Assembly: GCA_963787445.1 (NCBI GenBank)
Contig: CAWBCT010000005.1
Coordinates: 32,001 to 96,000, forward strand
DNA from: an uncultured archaeon
GTDB lineage: Archaea; Micrarchaeota; Micrarchaeia; Micrarchaeales; CABMGC01
Direction: 5' to 3'
DNA length: 64,000 nucleotides
Shown: positions 11,756 through 23,275 of the stretch, in pieces
Layout: every line of letters begins with the position of its first letter
Position numbering within the stretch: position 1 is the first letter of the stretch
The notes under the pieces: generated by a model
Databases searched by the model: none
What the model saw: only the letters and a program-made list of their open reading frames with translations
Told to the model about the DNA's origin: nothing
Made by a program: the position numbers and the translations under genes

Positions 11756-12958
11756 ATGAAGATGAGAACAGTGGTTTGCTCGGCGGCGGCCATTTTCGCC
11801 GCCATGACCGCCTCGGCCTTCGCCGCCGACGATACCGTGGTGATCGGCGACATCGACGACCTGTCGGGCGTCTATGCCGACGTGATCGGCCAGGGCGGCA
11901 TCGAGGCCGCCAACATGGCGATCGCCGATTTCGGCGGCTCAGTGCTGGGCAAGAAGATCACGTTCCTGTCCGCCGACCACCAGAACAAGCCCGATATCGG
12001 CGCCTCGAAGTTCCGCGAATGGGCCGACCAGAATCACGTGAACATGATCCTGGGCGGGTCGAATTCCGGCGTGTCGATCGCCATGTCGAAGGTGGCGGCG
12101 GAAAAGAAGGTGCCGTTCATCGCCATCGGCGCGGCGGGCGCCTCGCTGACCAACGCCGACTGCACCGCCTATTCGATCCATTACGGCTACGACACCGTCG
12201 CGCTGGCCAACGGCACCGCTTCGACGATCGTTCAGGGCGGCGGCAAGAAGTGGTTCTTCCTGACCGCCGACTATGCCTTCGGCACGCAGTTGCAGGACGC
12301 CTCGAGCAAGGTGGTGCTGGCCAATGGCGGCCAGGTGATAGGATCGGTGCGCGTGCCGCTGGCGGCGTCGGACTTCTCGTCGTTCCTGCTCCAGGCGCAG
12401 TCCTCGGGCGCCGACGTGCTCGGCCTCGCCAATGCCGGCGCCGACACCCAGAACTCGCTCAAGGCGGCGCAGGAATTCGGCCTGACCAAGACGATGAAAC
12501 CGGCCGCGCTGCTGGCCTTCCTCACCGACATCCACAGCGTCGGGATCAAGGCGGCGCAGGGCCTGATCCTGACCGACGCCTGGTATTGGGACGGCACCGA
12601 CGACAGCCGCGCCTGGGCGAAGCGGTTTTTCGACAAGATGAAGAAGGAGCCGACCTGGAACCAGGCCGCCTATTATTCGGCCACCCTGCACTTCCTGAAC
12701 GCCGTCAAGGAAGTGGGCTCGACCGACCCCGACAAGGTGATGGCGCAGATGAAGGCGGACAAGGTGAACGACATGTTCGCCAAGGGCGGCTACATTCGCG
12801 CCGACGGGCTGTTGGTGCACGACATGACCGTGATGCAGGTGAAGACGCCCGCCGAGTCGAAGGGCGAATGGGATCTCTACAAGCCGCTCAAGGTGATCAA
12901 GGGCGAGGACGCCTACGGGCCGATCACCGGCCTTTGCCCCTTGGCCCCGAAGACCTGA
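11756..12958 (+). CDS. ABC substrate-binding protein (LivK/Peripla_BP_6 type; substrate uncertain)
   Basis: GGGAGG RBS, signal peptide, ADHQNKPDIG, WFFLTADYAFG; lies in a liv-type operon. Confidence 0.9.
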   Translation: MKMRTVVCSAAAIFAAMTASAFAADDTVVIGDIDDLSGVYADVIGQGGIEAANMAIADFGGSVLGKKITFLSADHQNKPDIGASKFREWADQNHVNMILGGSNSGVSIAMSKVAAEKKVPFIAIGAAGASLTNADCTAYSIHYGYDTVALANGTASTIVQGGGKKWFFLTADYAFGTQLQDASSKVVLANGGQVIGSVRVPLAASDFSSFLLQAQSSGADVLGLANAGADTQNSLKAAQEFGLTKTMKPAALLAFLTDIHSVGIKAAQGLILTDAWYWDGTDDSRAWAKRFFDKMKKEPTWNQAAYYSATLHFLNAVKEVGSTDPDKVMAQMKADKVNDMFAKGGYIRADGLLVHDMTVMQVKTPAESKGEWDLYKPLKVIKGEDAYGPITGLCPLAPKT

Positions 12959-12965
12959 CGACGAT

Positions 12966-12993
12966 GCGCCCCGGCCCCCAACCGGGGCGCTTT
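12966..12993 (+). terminator. Intercistronic stem-loop after the binding-protein gene
   Basis: gcgccccgg-7 nt-ccggggcgc followed by ttt. Confidence 0.6.
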
Positions 12994-13026
12994 CGCGCGT
13001 GCATGCAAAACGCGGTAACAGAAACT

Positions 13027-13146
13027 CCCTCTCCGCCCTTGAGGGGGGAGAGGGCCGGGGTGAGGTGGGTCGAGGAGCCGCACCTCACCCTTCCCACGGC
13101 TTCGCCGCGGGCCCCTTCCCTCTCCCCGCTGCCGCGCGGAGAGGGG
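13027..13146. repeat. Alphaproteobacterial REP/RIME-like palindromic intergenic element
   Basis: ccctctccgcccttgaggggggagaggg-ccggggtgaggtg ... cacctcaccc ... ccctctccccgctgccgcgcggagagggg: two hairpins in inverted arrangement. Confidence 0.7.
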
Positions 13147-13157
13147 GCACTCACCCG

Positions 13158-14042
13158 ATGACCGAAATCTTCGGCATTCCCCTGGTCGCCATCCTCGGCC
13201 AGCTCATGCTCGGGCTGGTCAATGGTTCGTTCTACGCCCTGCTCAGCCTCGGCCTGGCGGTAATCTTCGGGCTGATGGGGGTGGTGAATTTCGCCCATGG
13301 TGCGTTCTACACGCTGGGCGCCTTCGCCGCCGCGGTGGGGCTGTCGTGGCTGGGCATCGGCTATTGGCCGGCGCTGATCCTGGCGCCGCTCGCCGTGGCG
13401 GTGGTCGGCATCGTCGCCGAGCGGCTGCTGCTGCGCCATCTCTACCGGCTCGATCCGCTCTACGGGCTGCTGCTCACCTTCGGCCTGGCCTTGATGGCGG
13501 AGGGGTTGCTGTTCGAGTATTTCGGCTCCTCGGGACAGAGCTATCCGGTGCCCGAGGCGCTGCAGGGTGCCTGGAATCTCGGATTCATGATTCTGCCGAT
13601 CTATCGCGGCTGGGTGATCCTGGCCTCGGTGGTGGTGTGCTTCGCCACCTGGTTCCTGATCGAGCGCACGCGGCTGGGCGCCACCCTGCGCGCCGCCACC
13701 GAGAACGCGCCGCTGCTCCAGGCCTTCGGCATCAACGTGCCGCTGATCGTCGCCGCGACCTACGGCACCGGCGTGGCGCTGGCGGCCTTCGCCGGCGTGC
13801 TGTCGGCCCCGGTGATCCAGGTCAGCCCGCAGATGGGCCAGTCGGTGGTGATCGTGGTGTTCGCCGTGGTGGTGATCGGCGGCATGGGCTCGATCCTCGG
13901 CTCGATCGTCACCGGGCTGGCGCTCGGCCTGGTCGAGGGCCTGACCAAGGTGATCTATCCCGAGGCCTCCAACATCGTGGTGTTCGTGATCATGGCGCTG
14001 GTTCTCGTGTTTCGCCCCGCCGGCCTGTTCGGCAGGAGCTGA
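13158..14042 (+). CDS. livH: Branched-chain amino acid-type ABC permease
   Basis: GLVNGSFYALLSLGLAVIFGLMGVVNFAHG, VVVIGGMGS, FRPAGLFG. Confidence 0.92.
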   Translation: MTEIFGIPLVAILGQLMLGLVNGSFYALLSLGLAVIFGLMGVVNFAHGAFYTLGAFAAAVGLSWLGIGYWPALILAPLAVAVVGIVAERLLLRHLYRLDPLYGLLLTFGLALMAEGLLFEYFGSSGQSYPVPEALQGAWNLGFMILPIYRGWVILASVVVCFATWFLIERTRLGATLRAATENAPLLQAFGINVPLIVAATYGTGVALAAFAGVLSAPVIQVSPQMGQSVVIVVFAVVVIGGMGSILGSIVTGLALGLVEGLTKVIYPEASNIVVFVIMALVLVFRPAGLFGRS

Positions 14043-14045
14043 GCC

Positions 14046-14975
14046 GTGCGCGCCACCCGGCTCTTCTATCTGGCCTGCGCCGTTTTCGGGCTCGCGGTGC
14101 CCGTTCTCGGCATCTATCCGGTGTTCATGATGCAGCTCCTGTGCTTCGCCATGTTCGCCTGCGCCTTCAATCTGCTGCTCGGCTATAGCGGCATGCTGTC
14201 CTTCGGCCATGCCGCGTTCTTCGGCGCGGCGGCCTATGCCACGAGCTGGCTGGTGACGGCGCATGGCTGGGGCAGCCTCGAAGCGGTGGTCGCCGGCATC
14301 GCGGTATCGACCCTGCTCGGGCTGGTGATCGGCGCGCTGGCGATTCGCCGGCACGGCATCTATTTCGCGATGATCACGCTGGCGCTGTCGCAGCTGGTCT
14401 ATTTCGTCTGCCTCGAGGCGCCCTTCACCGGCGGCGAGAACGGCATCCAGGGCGTGCCGCGCGGCACCGTGCTGGGCATCCTGTCGCTGCGCAACGATGT
14501 CGCGATGTATTATGTCGTGCTGGCGGTCTTCGTCGCGGTGTTCCTGTTCATCCGCCGCATCGTGCATTCTCCCTTCGGCCAAGTGCTGAAGGCGATCCGC
14601 GACAACGAGCCGCGCGCGGTTTCGCTCGGCTACCGCATCAACCGCTACAAGCTGCTCGCCTTCGTGCTGTCCGCCGCCCTGTCCGGCCTGGCCGGATCGC
14701 TCAAGGCCCTGGTGCTCGGCTTCGCCACGCTGTCCGACGTGCTGCAATCGACCTCGGGACTGGTGATGCTGATGGCGCTGCTCGGCGGCACCGGCACCTT
14801 CTTCGGGCCGGTGATCGGCGCCGCCGTGATCGTCACCCTGCAGGAATATCTGTCCGACCGGGTGGGCGGCTGGGTCACGGTGATCATCGGCGCCATCTTC
14901 GTCGCCTGCGTCATGTCGTTCCGGCGCGGCGTCGTCGGCGAATTGTCGGCCTGGCTGCGGCGCAAGCCAGTTTAA
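14046..14975 (+). CDS. livM: Branched-chain amino acid-type ABC permease
   Basis: FNLLLGYSGMLSFGHAAFFG, TGGENG, SPFGQVLKAIRDNE. Confidence 0.92.
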   Translation: MRATRLFYLACAVFGLAVPVLGIYPVFMMQLLCFAMFACAFNLLLGYSGMLSFGHAAFFGAAAYATSWLVTAHGWGSLEAVVAGIAVSTLLGLVIGALAIRRHGIYFAMITLALSQLVYFVCLEAPFTGGENGIQGVPRGTVLGILSLRNDVAMYYVVLAVFVAVFLFIRRIVHSPFGQVLKAIRDNEPRAVSLGYRINRYKLLAFVLSAALSGLAGSLKALVLGFATLSDVLQSTSGLVMLMALLGGTGTFFGPVIGAAVIVTLQEYLSDRVGGWVTVIIGAIFVACVMSFRRGVVGELSAWLRRKPV

Positions 14976-14993
14976 GGCGCGGGCCGGGCCCGG

Positions 14994-15836
14994 TCAGATC
15001 CGCAACAGGGTCGGCTGCCGGTTCTCCAGGATATCGGTCATCCGCACCTTGATCCCGGGCAGCGAATCGGCGTGCGTGATGATATAGAAATCGCCGTTGC
15101 CGACCGCGGCGAACACGGCATCCGCGACCTCCCGCGGCGACTTGCCGGATTCGACCGCGCGGTGGACCGCCTCGGCGGTTTTGATCGTTCGGGCATCGAG
15201 CGTCTTGACATCGGTCCGCTCGGCCGGCGGGCGATTGCGCTCGGAGAGCGTGATCCGCGTCTTGACCCAGCCCGGGCAGAGCACCGATACCCCGATCCGG
15301 GCGTGGCGCAGCGCGAGATCGTGGTGCAGCCCCTCCGACACCGTGACCACCGCGAACTTGCTGGCATTGTAGGCGGCCAGGCCCGGCACCGAGAGCATCC
15401 CGGCGATCGAGGCGGTGTTGACGATGTGGCCCTCCTCGGCCCGCTCGATCATCCGCGGCACGAAGGCGCGAAGTCCGTTGGTGACGCCGTAGAGGTTGAC
15501 GCCCATCACCCAGTCCCAGTCGCGCTGGCTGGTCTCCCAGGCCGGCTTTCCCAGGGCCACGCCGGCATTGTTGACGAGCAAGTGGACGTTGCCGAAGGCG
15601 GCGAAGGCGGCATCGGCCAGTGCGTCGACCTCGCCCTCCTTGGCCACGTCGACCCGCCGCCCGATCGCCGTCGCGCCCTTGCCGGCGAATTCGCGCACGG
15701 TGGCGTCGAGCAGTTCGGCGTTGATGTCGGCGAGGACGAGCTTCATCCCCTCCTCGGCCGCGCGACTGGCGATGGCCTTGCCGATGCCCTCGGCCGCCCC
15801 GGTGATCACCGCGGTTTTCCCCGCGAAATCCTTCAT
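14994..15836 (-). CDS. Short-chain dehydrogenase/reductase
   Basis: TGAAEGIG, NNAG, YNASK. Confidence 0.92.
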   Translation of the reverse strand: MKDFAGKTAVITGAAEGIGKAIASRAAEEGMKLVLADINAELLDATVREFAGKGATAIGRRVDVAKEGEVDALADAAFAAFGNVHLLVNNAGVALGKPAWETSQRDWDWVMGVNLYGVTNGLRAFVPRMIERAEEGHIVNTASIAGMLSVPGLAAYNASKFAVVTVSEGLHHDLALRHARIGVSVLCPGWVKTRITLSERNRPPAERTDVKTLDARTIKTAEAVHRAVESGKSPREVADAVFAAVGNGDFYIITHADSLPGIKVRMTDILENRQPTLLRI

Positions 15837-15858
15837 GGCCGCTCCTCCCCTGAACTGT

Positions 15859-16845
<987 letters not shown>

Positions 16846-16849
<4 letters not shown>

Positions 16850-17819
16850 CCCGGGGTTCCGCTTGCAATGGGATAGTGGCAGCGCACCCAGACACCGTCC
16901 AGTCGACGCAGCTCGGGACCCTCGATGCGGCAGCGCCCGTCAGCGAACCGGCAACGGGGATGGAACAGGCAGCCGGTCGGCCGGTCGTCGAGGCCGGGGA
17001 CCATGCCCGGAATGGTGGGCAGCCGCGCCGCGCCGGGGCTGCGCTCGGGCAACGCATCGAGCAGCGCCGCCGTGTAGGGATGGTGCGGCGCCGCGAACAG
17101 CGCTTCGGCCGGCTGTTCCTCGACGATCTGGCCGGCATACATCACCAGCACGCGTTGCGCGGTCTCGGCGACCACCCCCATATCGTGGGTGATCAACGCC
17201 AGGGCCATGCCGCGCTCGCGCTGCAATTTCAGCAACAGGTCGAGAATCTGGGCCTGAACCGTGACGTCGAGCGCGGTGGTCGGCTCGTCGGCCAACAGCA
17301 GCCGCGGATTGCCGGCCAAGGCCATCGCGATCATCACGCGCTGGTTCATGCCGCCGGAAAGTTGATGCGGATAGGAGTCGATCCGGCTTTCGGGCGCAGG
17401 AATGCCGACCTGTTCGAGCAGCTCGATGGCGTGATGCCGCCGGTCGCGCCGCGAGTCCCGGCATGGGTTTCGATCGCCTCGATGATCTGATAGCCCACCG
17501 TGAAGCAGGGATTGAGGCTGGTCATCGGCTCCTGGAAAATCATCGCCACGTCCTTGCCGACGAGGCGGCGCCGCTCGCGCGCGCTCATTTTCAGCAGGTC
17601 ATGGCCGTCGAAGCGCAGTTTTCGGGCCGTTACCGTGCCCGGCTCGGCGACCAGGCCCATCAGCGCCAGCATCGACACGCTCTTGCCGGAGCCCGACTCC
17701 CCGACGATGCCGAGAACCTCGCCCGCCTCGATCGAGAACGACATGCCGTCGACCGCCCGCAAATGACCGCGCGCGGTGGCGAAGGAGACGGAGAGATCCT
17801 CGATCTCGAGCAGGGCCAT
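16846..17819 (-). CDS. dppD: Dipeptide ABC ATPase (frameshift ~17455)
   Basis: [21 protein letters not shown], then [19 protein letters not shown] and [16 protein letters not shown] after the frame change. Confidence 0.9.
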
Positions 17820-18727
17820 CAGCGCTTCAATCGCGGATCGAGCGCGTCGCGCAGCCCGTCGCCCATCAGGTTGAAGGCCAGCACGGTGACCAGAATGGCG
17901 AGGCCGGGAAAGGTCACCACCCACCAGGCGCGCAACATGAGATCGCGCGCGTCGGCCAGCATGGTGCCCCATTCCGGCGTCGGCGGTTGGGCGCCCAGGC
18001 TGAGAAAGCCCAGCGCCGCGGCGTCGAGGATGGCGGTCGAGAAGGATAGCGTCGCCTGCACGATGATCGGCGCCATGCAGTTGGGCAGCACGGTCACCAG
18101 CATCAGGCGCAGCGTGCCGGCGCCGTTGACGCGCGAGGCGGTCACGTAGTCCTTGCCGAGTTCGCCGAGCACGGTGGCCCGCGTGACACGGACGAAGGAC
18201 GGCAGATAGGTGATCGAGACCGCGATCATGGCGTTGATCAGGCCCGGCCCGAGGATGGCCACGAGGACGATCGCCAGCAACAGACTCGGCATCGTCAGCA
18301 CGATGTCCATCAGGCGCATGATCAGAATTCCGACCGCGCCCCGGAAGAAGCCGGCGACAAGGCCCAGCGCGACACCGACGGTGCCCGAGATCGCCACCAC
18401 GATGCAGCCGATCAACAGCGAGAAACGCGTGCCGTGGATCAGGCGCGACAGCATGTCGCGTCCGATGGCATCGGTACCAAGGAGGTAGGTCCAACTGCCG
18501 CCCTGCTGCCACACCGGCGGCCGGAGGAAGGCCTTGGAGCTGGATGCGATCGGCGAGTGCGGTGAGACCAGGTCGGCCAGGATGGCCAGCAGCACGATGA
18601 CGACGATCACGACGAGTTCGCCCACCGCGCCGCGATTGGCCGAGAAGTAGCGCCAGAATTCGTGCATCGGGTGTTCGGGCGCGGCGGCACCGCCGGTTTC
18701 GAGCGCCTCTGCCTCGGCCAAGCTCAT
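17819..18727 (-). CDS. dppC: Dipeptide ABC permease
   Basis: [37 protein letters not shown]. Confidence 0.92.
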   Translation of the reverse strand: MSLAEAEALETGGAAAPEHPMHEFWRYFSANRGAVGELVVIVVIVLLAILADLVSPHSPIASSSKAFLRPPVWQQGGSWTYLLGTDAIGRDMLSRLIHGTRFSLLIGCIVVAISGTVGVALGLVAGFFRGAVGILIMRLMDIVLTMPSLLLAIVLVAILGPGLINAMIAVSITYLPSFVRVTRATVLGELGKDYVTASRVNGAGTLRLMLVTVLPNCMAPIIVQATLSFSTAILDAAALGFLSLGAQPPTPEWGTMLADARDLMLRAWWVVTFPGLAILVTVLAFNLMGDGLRDALDPRLKR

Positions 18728-19737
18728 GCCCGCCGGTACCTGATGCGCGGGTTGATCAGTCCATAGAGCAGGTCGACCGCCAGGTTGATGATCATCACCA
18801 GGGTTCCGATCAGCAGCATGCCGCCCTGCAGCACCGGATAGTCGCGCCGGAAAATCGAATCGACCAGCCACTTGCCGACGCCCGGCCAGGAGAAAACCGT
18901 CTCGGTCAGAATTGCGCCGGCGAAGAGATAGCCGATCTGCAACCCGATCACCGTGACCACCGGAATCAAAGCGTTACGCAGGGCGTGGACACCGATCACC
19001 CGGACCGGTACCAAGCCCTTGGCGCGCGCGGTGCGGATATAGTCCTCGCCCAGGACTTCGAGCATCGCCGAGCGGGTCATCCGTGCGATCACCGCGAGCG
19101 GGATCGTGCCGAGCACGATCGCCGGCAATACCAGATGGCCAAGGGTGGACATGAAGGCGTCGCTGTCGCCCGCCAGCAGCGCGTCGATCAGCAGGAACCC
19201 GGTCACGGGCTCGATGTCGAAGGCGACGTCGATCCGCCCCGAAACCGGCGTCCAACCCAGGGTATTGGAGAAGAGCAGAATGAGCAGCAGGCCCCACCAG
19301 AAGATCGGCATCGAATAGCCGGCCAAGGATACGCCCATCACGCCGTGATCGAGGATCGTATTGCGGCGAACGGCGGCGAGGATTCCGGCGGGCAGCCCAA
19401 CCAGCACGGCGAACAGCATCGCCGCGAGCGAGAGTTCGACGGTGGCTGGGAACAGCGCGCCGAATTCGTCGAGCACCGGAACATGGGTAATCAGCGAGCG
19501 GCCGAGATCGCCGTCGAGCACGTGCCCGACATAGCGCAGATACTGGATCGAGAGCGGCCGGTCGAGCCCGTAGGAATGCAAGAGCTCGGCGTGACGCTCC
19601 GGCGAAACCGCATACTCGCCGGCCATCACCTGGATCGGATCGCCGGGCACCGCATGGACGAGAATGAAGGCCAGCAAGGTAATGCCGATGAAGGTCGGGA
19701 CTACTAGGCTCGCCCGGGTTAGGAGGAAGCGAAACAT
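18724..19737 (-). CDS. dppB: Dipeptide ABC permease
   Basis: [28 protein letters not shown]. Confidence 0.93.
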   Translation of the reverse strand: MFRFLLTRASLVVPTFIGITLLAFILVHAVPGDPIQVMAGEYAVSPERHAELLHSYGLDRPLSIQYLRYVGHVLDGDLGRSLITHVPVLDEFGALFPATVELSLAAMLFAVLVGLPAGILAAVRRNTILDHGVMGVSLAGYSMPIFWWGLLLILLFSNTLGWTPVSGRIDVAFDIEPVTGFLLIDALLAGDSDAFMSTLGHLVLPAIVLGTIPLAVIARMTRSAMLEVLGEDYIRTARAKGLVPVRVIGVHALRNALIPVVTVIGLQIGYLFAGAILTETVFSWPGVGKWLVDSIFRRDYPVLQGGMLLIGTLVMIINLAVDLLYGLINPRIRYRRA

Positions 19738-19755
19738 CGCGACCGTGAATGCGCC

Positions 19756-19786
19756 TCCGGCGGAGGGCGCGCGCCGCTCCGCCGGA
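19756..19786 (-). terminator. Intercistronic hairpin between dppA and dppB
   Basis: tccggcggag ... ctccgccgga inverted repeat with an inner ggcgc/gcgcc pair. Confidence 0.55.
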
Positions 19787-19815
19787 TCGCCGATTGAATC
19801 ACCGGGACGGTCCGG

Positions 19816-21414
19816 TCAATTCTTGTCCACTTCCGAGAAATCGTGGTAGCCGAGCGGGCTCAGCTTGAACCCGGTGACGCCCTTGCGCATCGCCGCCACC
19901 TGAAGGCTGTGGGCGATGGTGAACCACGGCAAGTCCTCCTTGAACACCACCTGCGCCTTTTGATAGAGCTCGGTCCGCTTTTTCGGATCGGTGGTGCGCT
20001 GCGCCTCGGCGACCAGGTCGTCGAAGGATTTGAAGCACCAGCGCGCCACGTTATTGCCGCCGACCTTGGCCGCGGCGCAGCCCAGCAAGGTGTTCATGAA
20101 ATTGTCGGGATCGCCGTTGTCGCCGGTCCAGCCGAACTGCATCAGCATCGGATCGCCGGCCTGGAGCCGCTTGCGGTATTCGCCCCATTCGTAGGTGACC
20201 AGCTTGGCGGTGATCCCCACCTTGGCGAGATCGGCCTGCATCAACTCGCCGATCCGCTTGCCGTTGGGGTTGTAGGGGCGCTGCACCGGCATGTACCAGA
20301 GGTCGGTCTCGAAACCGTTGGCGAGGCCCGCGTCGGCGAGCAGCTTCTTGGCGCCTTCGGGATCGTAGGCGTAGTCCTTCACCGCGTCGTTGTAGGACCA
20401 CATCGACGGCGGAATCGGGTTCTTGGCCGGAATGCCGATGCCGAGATAGACGGCGTCGACGATCGCCTTCTTGTCGATCGCCATGTCCACCGCGCGGCGT
20501 ACGCGAATATCGTCGTAAGGCTTCTTCGTGGTGTTGAAGGCGAGATAGGCGACGTTGAGGCCCGCCTGATCGACCACGGTGAGGTTGGGATCGGATTTCA
20601 TCGCGGGGATGTCGGCCGGCGCCGGATAGGGCATCAGGTCGCATTCGCCCGCTTTCAACTTGGCGAATCGCACCGAGGCGTCCTGGGTGATCGCGAAGAC
20701 CAGCGAGTCGATCTTCACCTTGCCCTTATAGAAGGTGGGGTTGGCCTTGTAGCGGATCACCGCGTCCTTCTGATAGCTTTCGAGCACGAACGGGCCGGTG
20801 CCGACCGGCTCCTGGTCGACCTTTTCGGGCGTGCCCGCCTTCAACATCGCGTCGGCATATTCCTTGGATTCGATCGAGGCGAAATCCATCGCCAGATTGG
20901 CGAGAAACGGCGCGTTCGGGGCGTTGAGCACGAAACGGACGGTGTGGTCATCGACCTTTTCCAGCGATTTCAGCGAACTCGGCATATCCATGTCGTTGAA
21001 ATAGGAATGGTTGTCGCTGGTAACCTTGAAATAGGCGTTATCGGTCTTCCATTGCCGTTCGAAGCTGAAGATCACGTCGTCGGCGTCGAAGTCGCGGGTC
21101 GGCGCGAAGCCCTTGGTGGTCTGCCACTTGACGCCGTCGCGCAGATGGAAGGTGTAGGTCAGGCCGTCAGGCGTGACGTCCCAACTGGTGGCCAGCCCCG
21201 GCTCGACCTCGGTGGTGCCGAGCTTGAATTCGACGAGGCGGCTGTAAATCTGGCGCGACGAGGCGTCGAACGAGGTGCCCGTCGTGTTGATCGCGGGATA
21301 GAAATTCTCCGGGCTGCCCTCGGAGCAATAGACGAAAGTCTTCGCCTGTCCGGTGGCGGACAAACCTAAAGCCACCGCCAGTCCGATCCCGGCGGCCCAT
21401 CCATAATTTCTCAT
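19816..21414 (-). CDS. dppA: Dipeptide ABC substrate-binding protein
   Basis: FVYCSEGSPE, GTGPF, MPVQRPYNPN, GWTGDNGDPDNF. Confidence 0.93.
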   Translation of the reverse strand: MRNYGWAAGIGLAVALGLSATGQAKTFVYCSEGSPENFYPAINTTGTSFDASSRQIYSRLVEFKLGTTEVEPGLATSWDVTPDGLTYTFHLRDGVKWQTTKGFAPTRDFDADDVIFSFERQWKTDNAYFKVTSDNHSYFNDMDMPSSLKSLEKVDDHTVRFVLNAPNAPFLANLAMDFASIESKEYADAMLKAGTPEKVDQEPVGTGPFVLESYQKDAVIRYKANPTFYKGKVKIDSLVFAITQDASVRFAKLKAGECDLMPYPAPADIPAMKSDPNLTVVDQAGLNVAYLAFNTTKKPYDDIRVRRAVDMAIDKKAIVDAVYLGIGIPAKNPIPPSMWSYNDAVKDYAYDPEGAKKLLADAGLANGFETDLWYMPVQRPYNPNGKRIGELMQADLAKVGITAKLVTYEWGEYRKRLQAGDPMLMQFGWTGDNGDPDNFMNTLLGCAAAKVGGNNVARWCFKSFDDLVAEAQRTTDPKKRTELYQKAQVVFKEDLPWFTIAHSLQVAAMRKGVTGFKLSPLGYHDFSEVDKN

Positions 21415-21585
21415 GATCGATCTCCCCGACATGCACGGTTCCGCCGGCAAGGCAACGCCCGGGCCGCGAGGGCCCGTCATCCATTTGACGGAAAAAGGCA
21501 TATTTGCCGCCGATGAGGTTAGCACCCGGATTGTATGGGTGCAATGCGGTGCAGCTTGGGCGAACCGCCTAGCGCGGCTAAGCCG

Positions 21586-23223
21586 TCACGCCCCGGCCCC
21601 CTTGATGAATTGCACGGTCTGGTCGCGGCCGTAATAGCGACGAGCATAATAGGTGACGGTGTCCTTCAGGTACCGGCCGAGGCCGTCGAGCGTCACCTTG
21701 CCGTCGCCATTGCCATAAGGCTTCCTGGCGGCTTCGCCGCTCATGCCGAGCAGGAAATATTTGGTGAACAACCCGTCGCTGTCGTCGCGTTCCCAGCTCG
21801 CCATCTGATCGACCTTGCCCGCCGAGATCACCGTGAGATTGCGCGGCACCACGGGCGCGGTGGCCACCAGGCGGATCGGCGAGGCCTTGGGGATGACCGA
21901 ACCGTCGGGCGACAGTCCGGAGAAGCAGGCTTCGAGAACCAGGGTGACATGCTCGGCCGGCAGCTTGCCGAGATTGCTATAGAGCGTGCGCAGCGGGTAG
22001 CCGCTGAGTTCGAGGCTGGCCGCGTCGGCATCGGCGGGGACCAGATAGGGACTGCCATCGCGCTCGGCCGGCGGCGCGCCGTGACCGGCGTAATAGACGA
22101 AGACGCGGCTTACCGCGGGCTGAACGTAGTTATAGAGCTTGCCCTTGAACTCGCGGTCATTGCCGAACAATGTAACCATCTGGGCACCGGTGGCGTCCTT
22201 GACGAAGAGGATGTTCTCGTCGTGGATACCGAGCGCCTGCTTGACATAGAGCCTGATCCCTTCGGCATCGGCGTAGGCTGGGCGGACATCCGGGATATCC
22301 TTTCCGAATTTGCCGTAGTTGGCGTTGCCGATGATCACCGCGATATCGTTGGGGCGGTCCGGCCCCCTGGGAAAACTCACCGCCAGCGGCCGGTCGGGGA
22401 ATCGCGGCGGAGGCGGCACGGCGGACTGCGGCGGCGGCACTGCGACGCTGGCCATCGCGGCCGGCGGCCGTTGCAGCGGCGCGACGGAAACCGGCGACAA
22501 TGGGACGGCCGCGCTCGCCGGCAGCGGCGGCTCACCGGCCGGCGGAGCACCGACGACGGTCGTCGCCGGCATCGGCGCAGCCGCGCCGACATTCGAAAAG
22601 ACGACCTGGGTCGGTCGCGCCGCCGCGTTTTGCGCTGGTTGGAGATCGGGACGCAGCGCGAGCGCGGTGCGGTACTCCGCCTGCGCCTGATCGCGCCGGC
22701 CAAGATGGTCGAGGCTGACGCCGAGATTCTGATGGGCTTCAGCGTAATTGGGCCGGAGCGCCACGGCCTTTTCGAGGTCGGCGACCGAATTGTCGAACGA
22801 ACCAATGCGGCCAAGTTCGACACCGCGCCCCATATAGGCTTCGGCGAGATCGGGCCGGAGCGCGATGGCCTTGTTGTAGTCGGCGATGGCGTTGGCGTGC
22901 TGACCGCTCGCCGCATAGGCCGCGCCGCGATTGTTGAAGGCGACGGCATCATTGGGATCGAAAATGATCGCCTTGGTGGCGTCGTCGATCGCCCGGCCGT
23001 ACTGCCCCTTCGCCTGGAAGGCGATGGAGCGGATGCCATAGGCGCGCGCGAAGGCCGGGTCGATCCGTATCGCCTCGCTGGCGTACCAGATCGCGCCATC
23101 GACGTTGCTCGCGCGCAAGGCCTGCGCGGCGATCCGCAGATCGGTCCCGGCATCGACGGCGCCCGCGACTACTGGCGCCGTTCCCAGCAGCAGCGACAAG
23201 ACCGCAATTTCACCCAAGCGCAT
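21586..23223 (-). CDS. Exported TPR + caspase-like (peptidase C14) protease
   Basis: Signal-like N-terminus, ~5 TPRs, Pro-rich linker, IAVIIGNANY, YYAGHG (His), LEACFSG (Cys), GLFTKYFL. Confidence 0.85.
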   Translation of the reverse strand: MRLGEIAVLSLLLGTAPVVAGAVDAGTDLRIAAQALRASNVDGAIWYASEAIRIDPAFARAYGIRSIAFQAKGQYGRAIDDATKAIIFDPNDAVAFNNRGAAYAASGQHANAIADYNKAIALRPDLAEAYMGRGVELGRIGSFDNSVADLEKAVALRPNYAEAHQNLGVSLDHLGRRDQAQAEYRTALALRPDLQPAQNAAARPTQVVFSNVGAAAPMPATTVVGAPPAGEPPLPASAAVPLSPVSVAPLQRPPAAMASVAVPPPQSAVPPPPRFPDRPLAVSFPRGPDRPNDIAVIIGNANYGKFGKDIPDVRPAYADAEGIRLYVKQALGIHDENILFVKDATGAQMVTLFGNDREFKGKLYNYVQPAVSRVFVYYAGHGAPPAERDGSPYLVPADADAASLELSGYPLRTLYSNLGKLPAEHVTLVLEACFSGLSPDGSVIPKASPIRLVATAPVVPRNLTVISAGKVDQMASWERDDSDGLFTKYFLLGMSGEAARKPYGNGDGKVTLDGLGRYLKDTVTYYARRYYGRDQTVQFIKGAGA

Positions 23224-23275
23224 GGGTCACCCCCACCCTTGTGCCCCCTCCCTCAGCGAGGGGCGTTGGCGCGTC

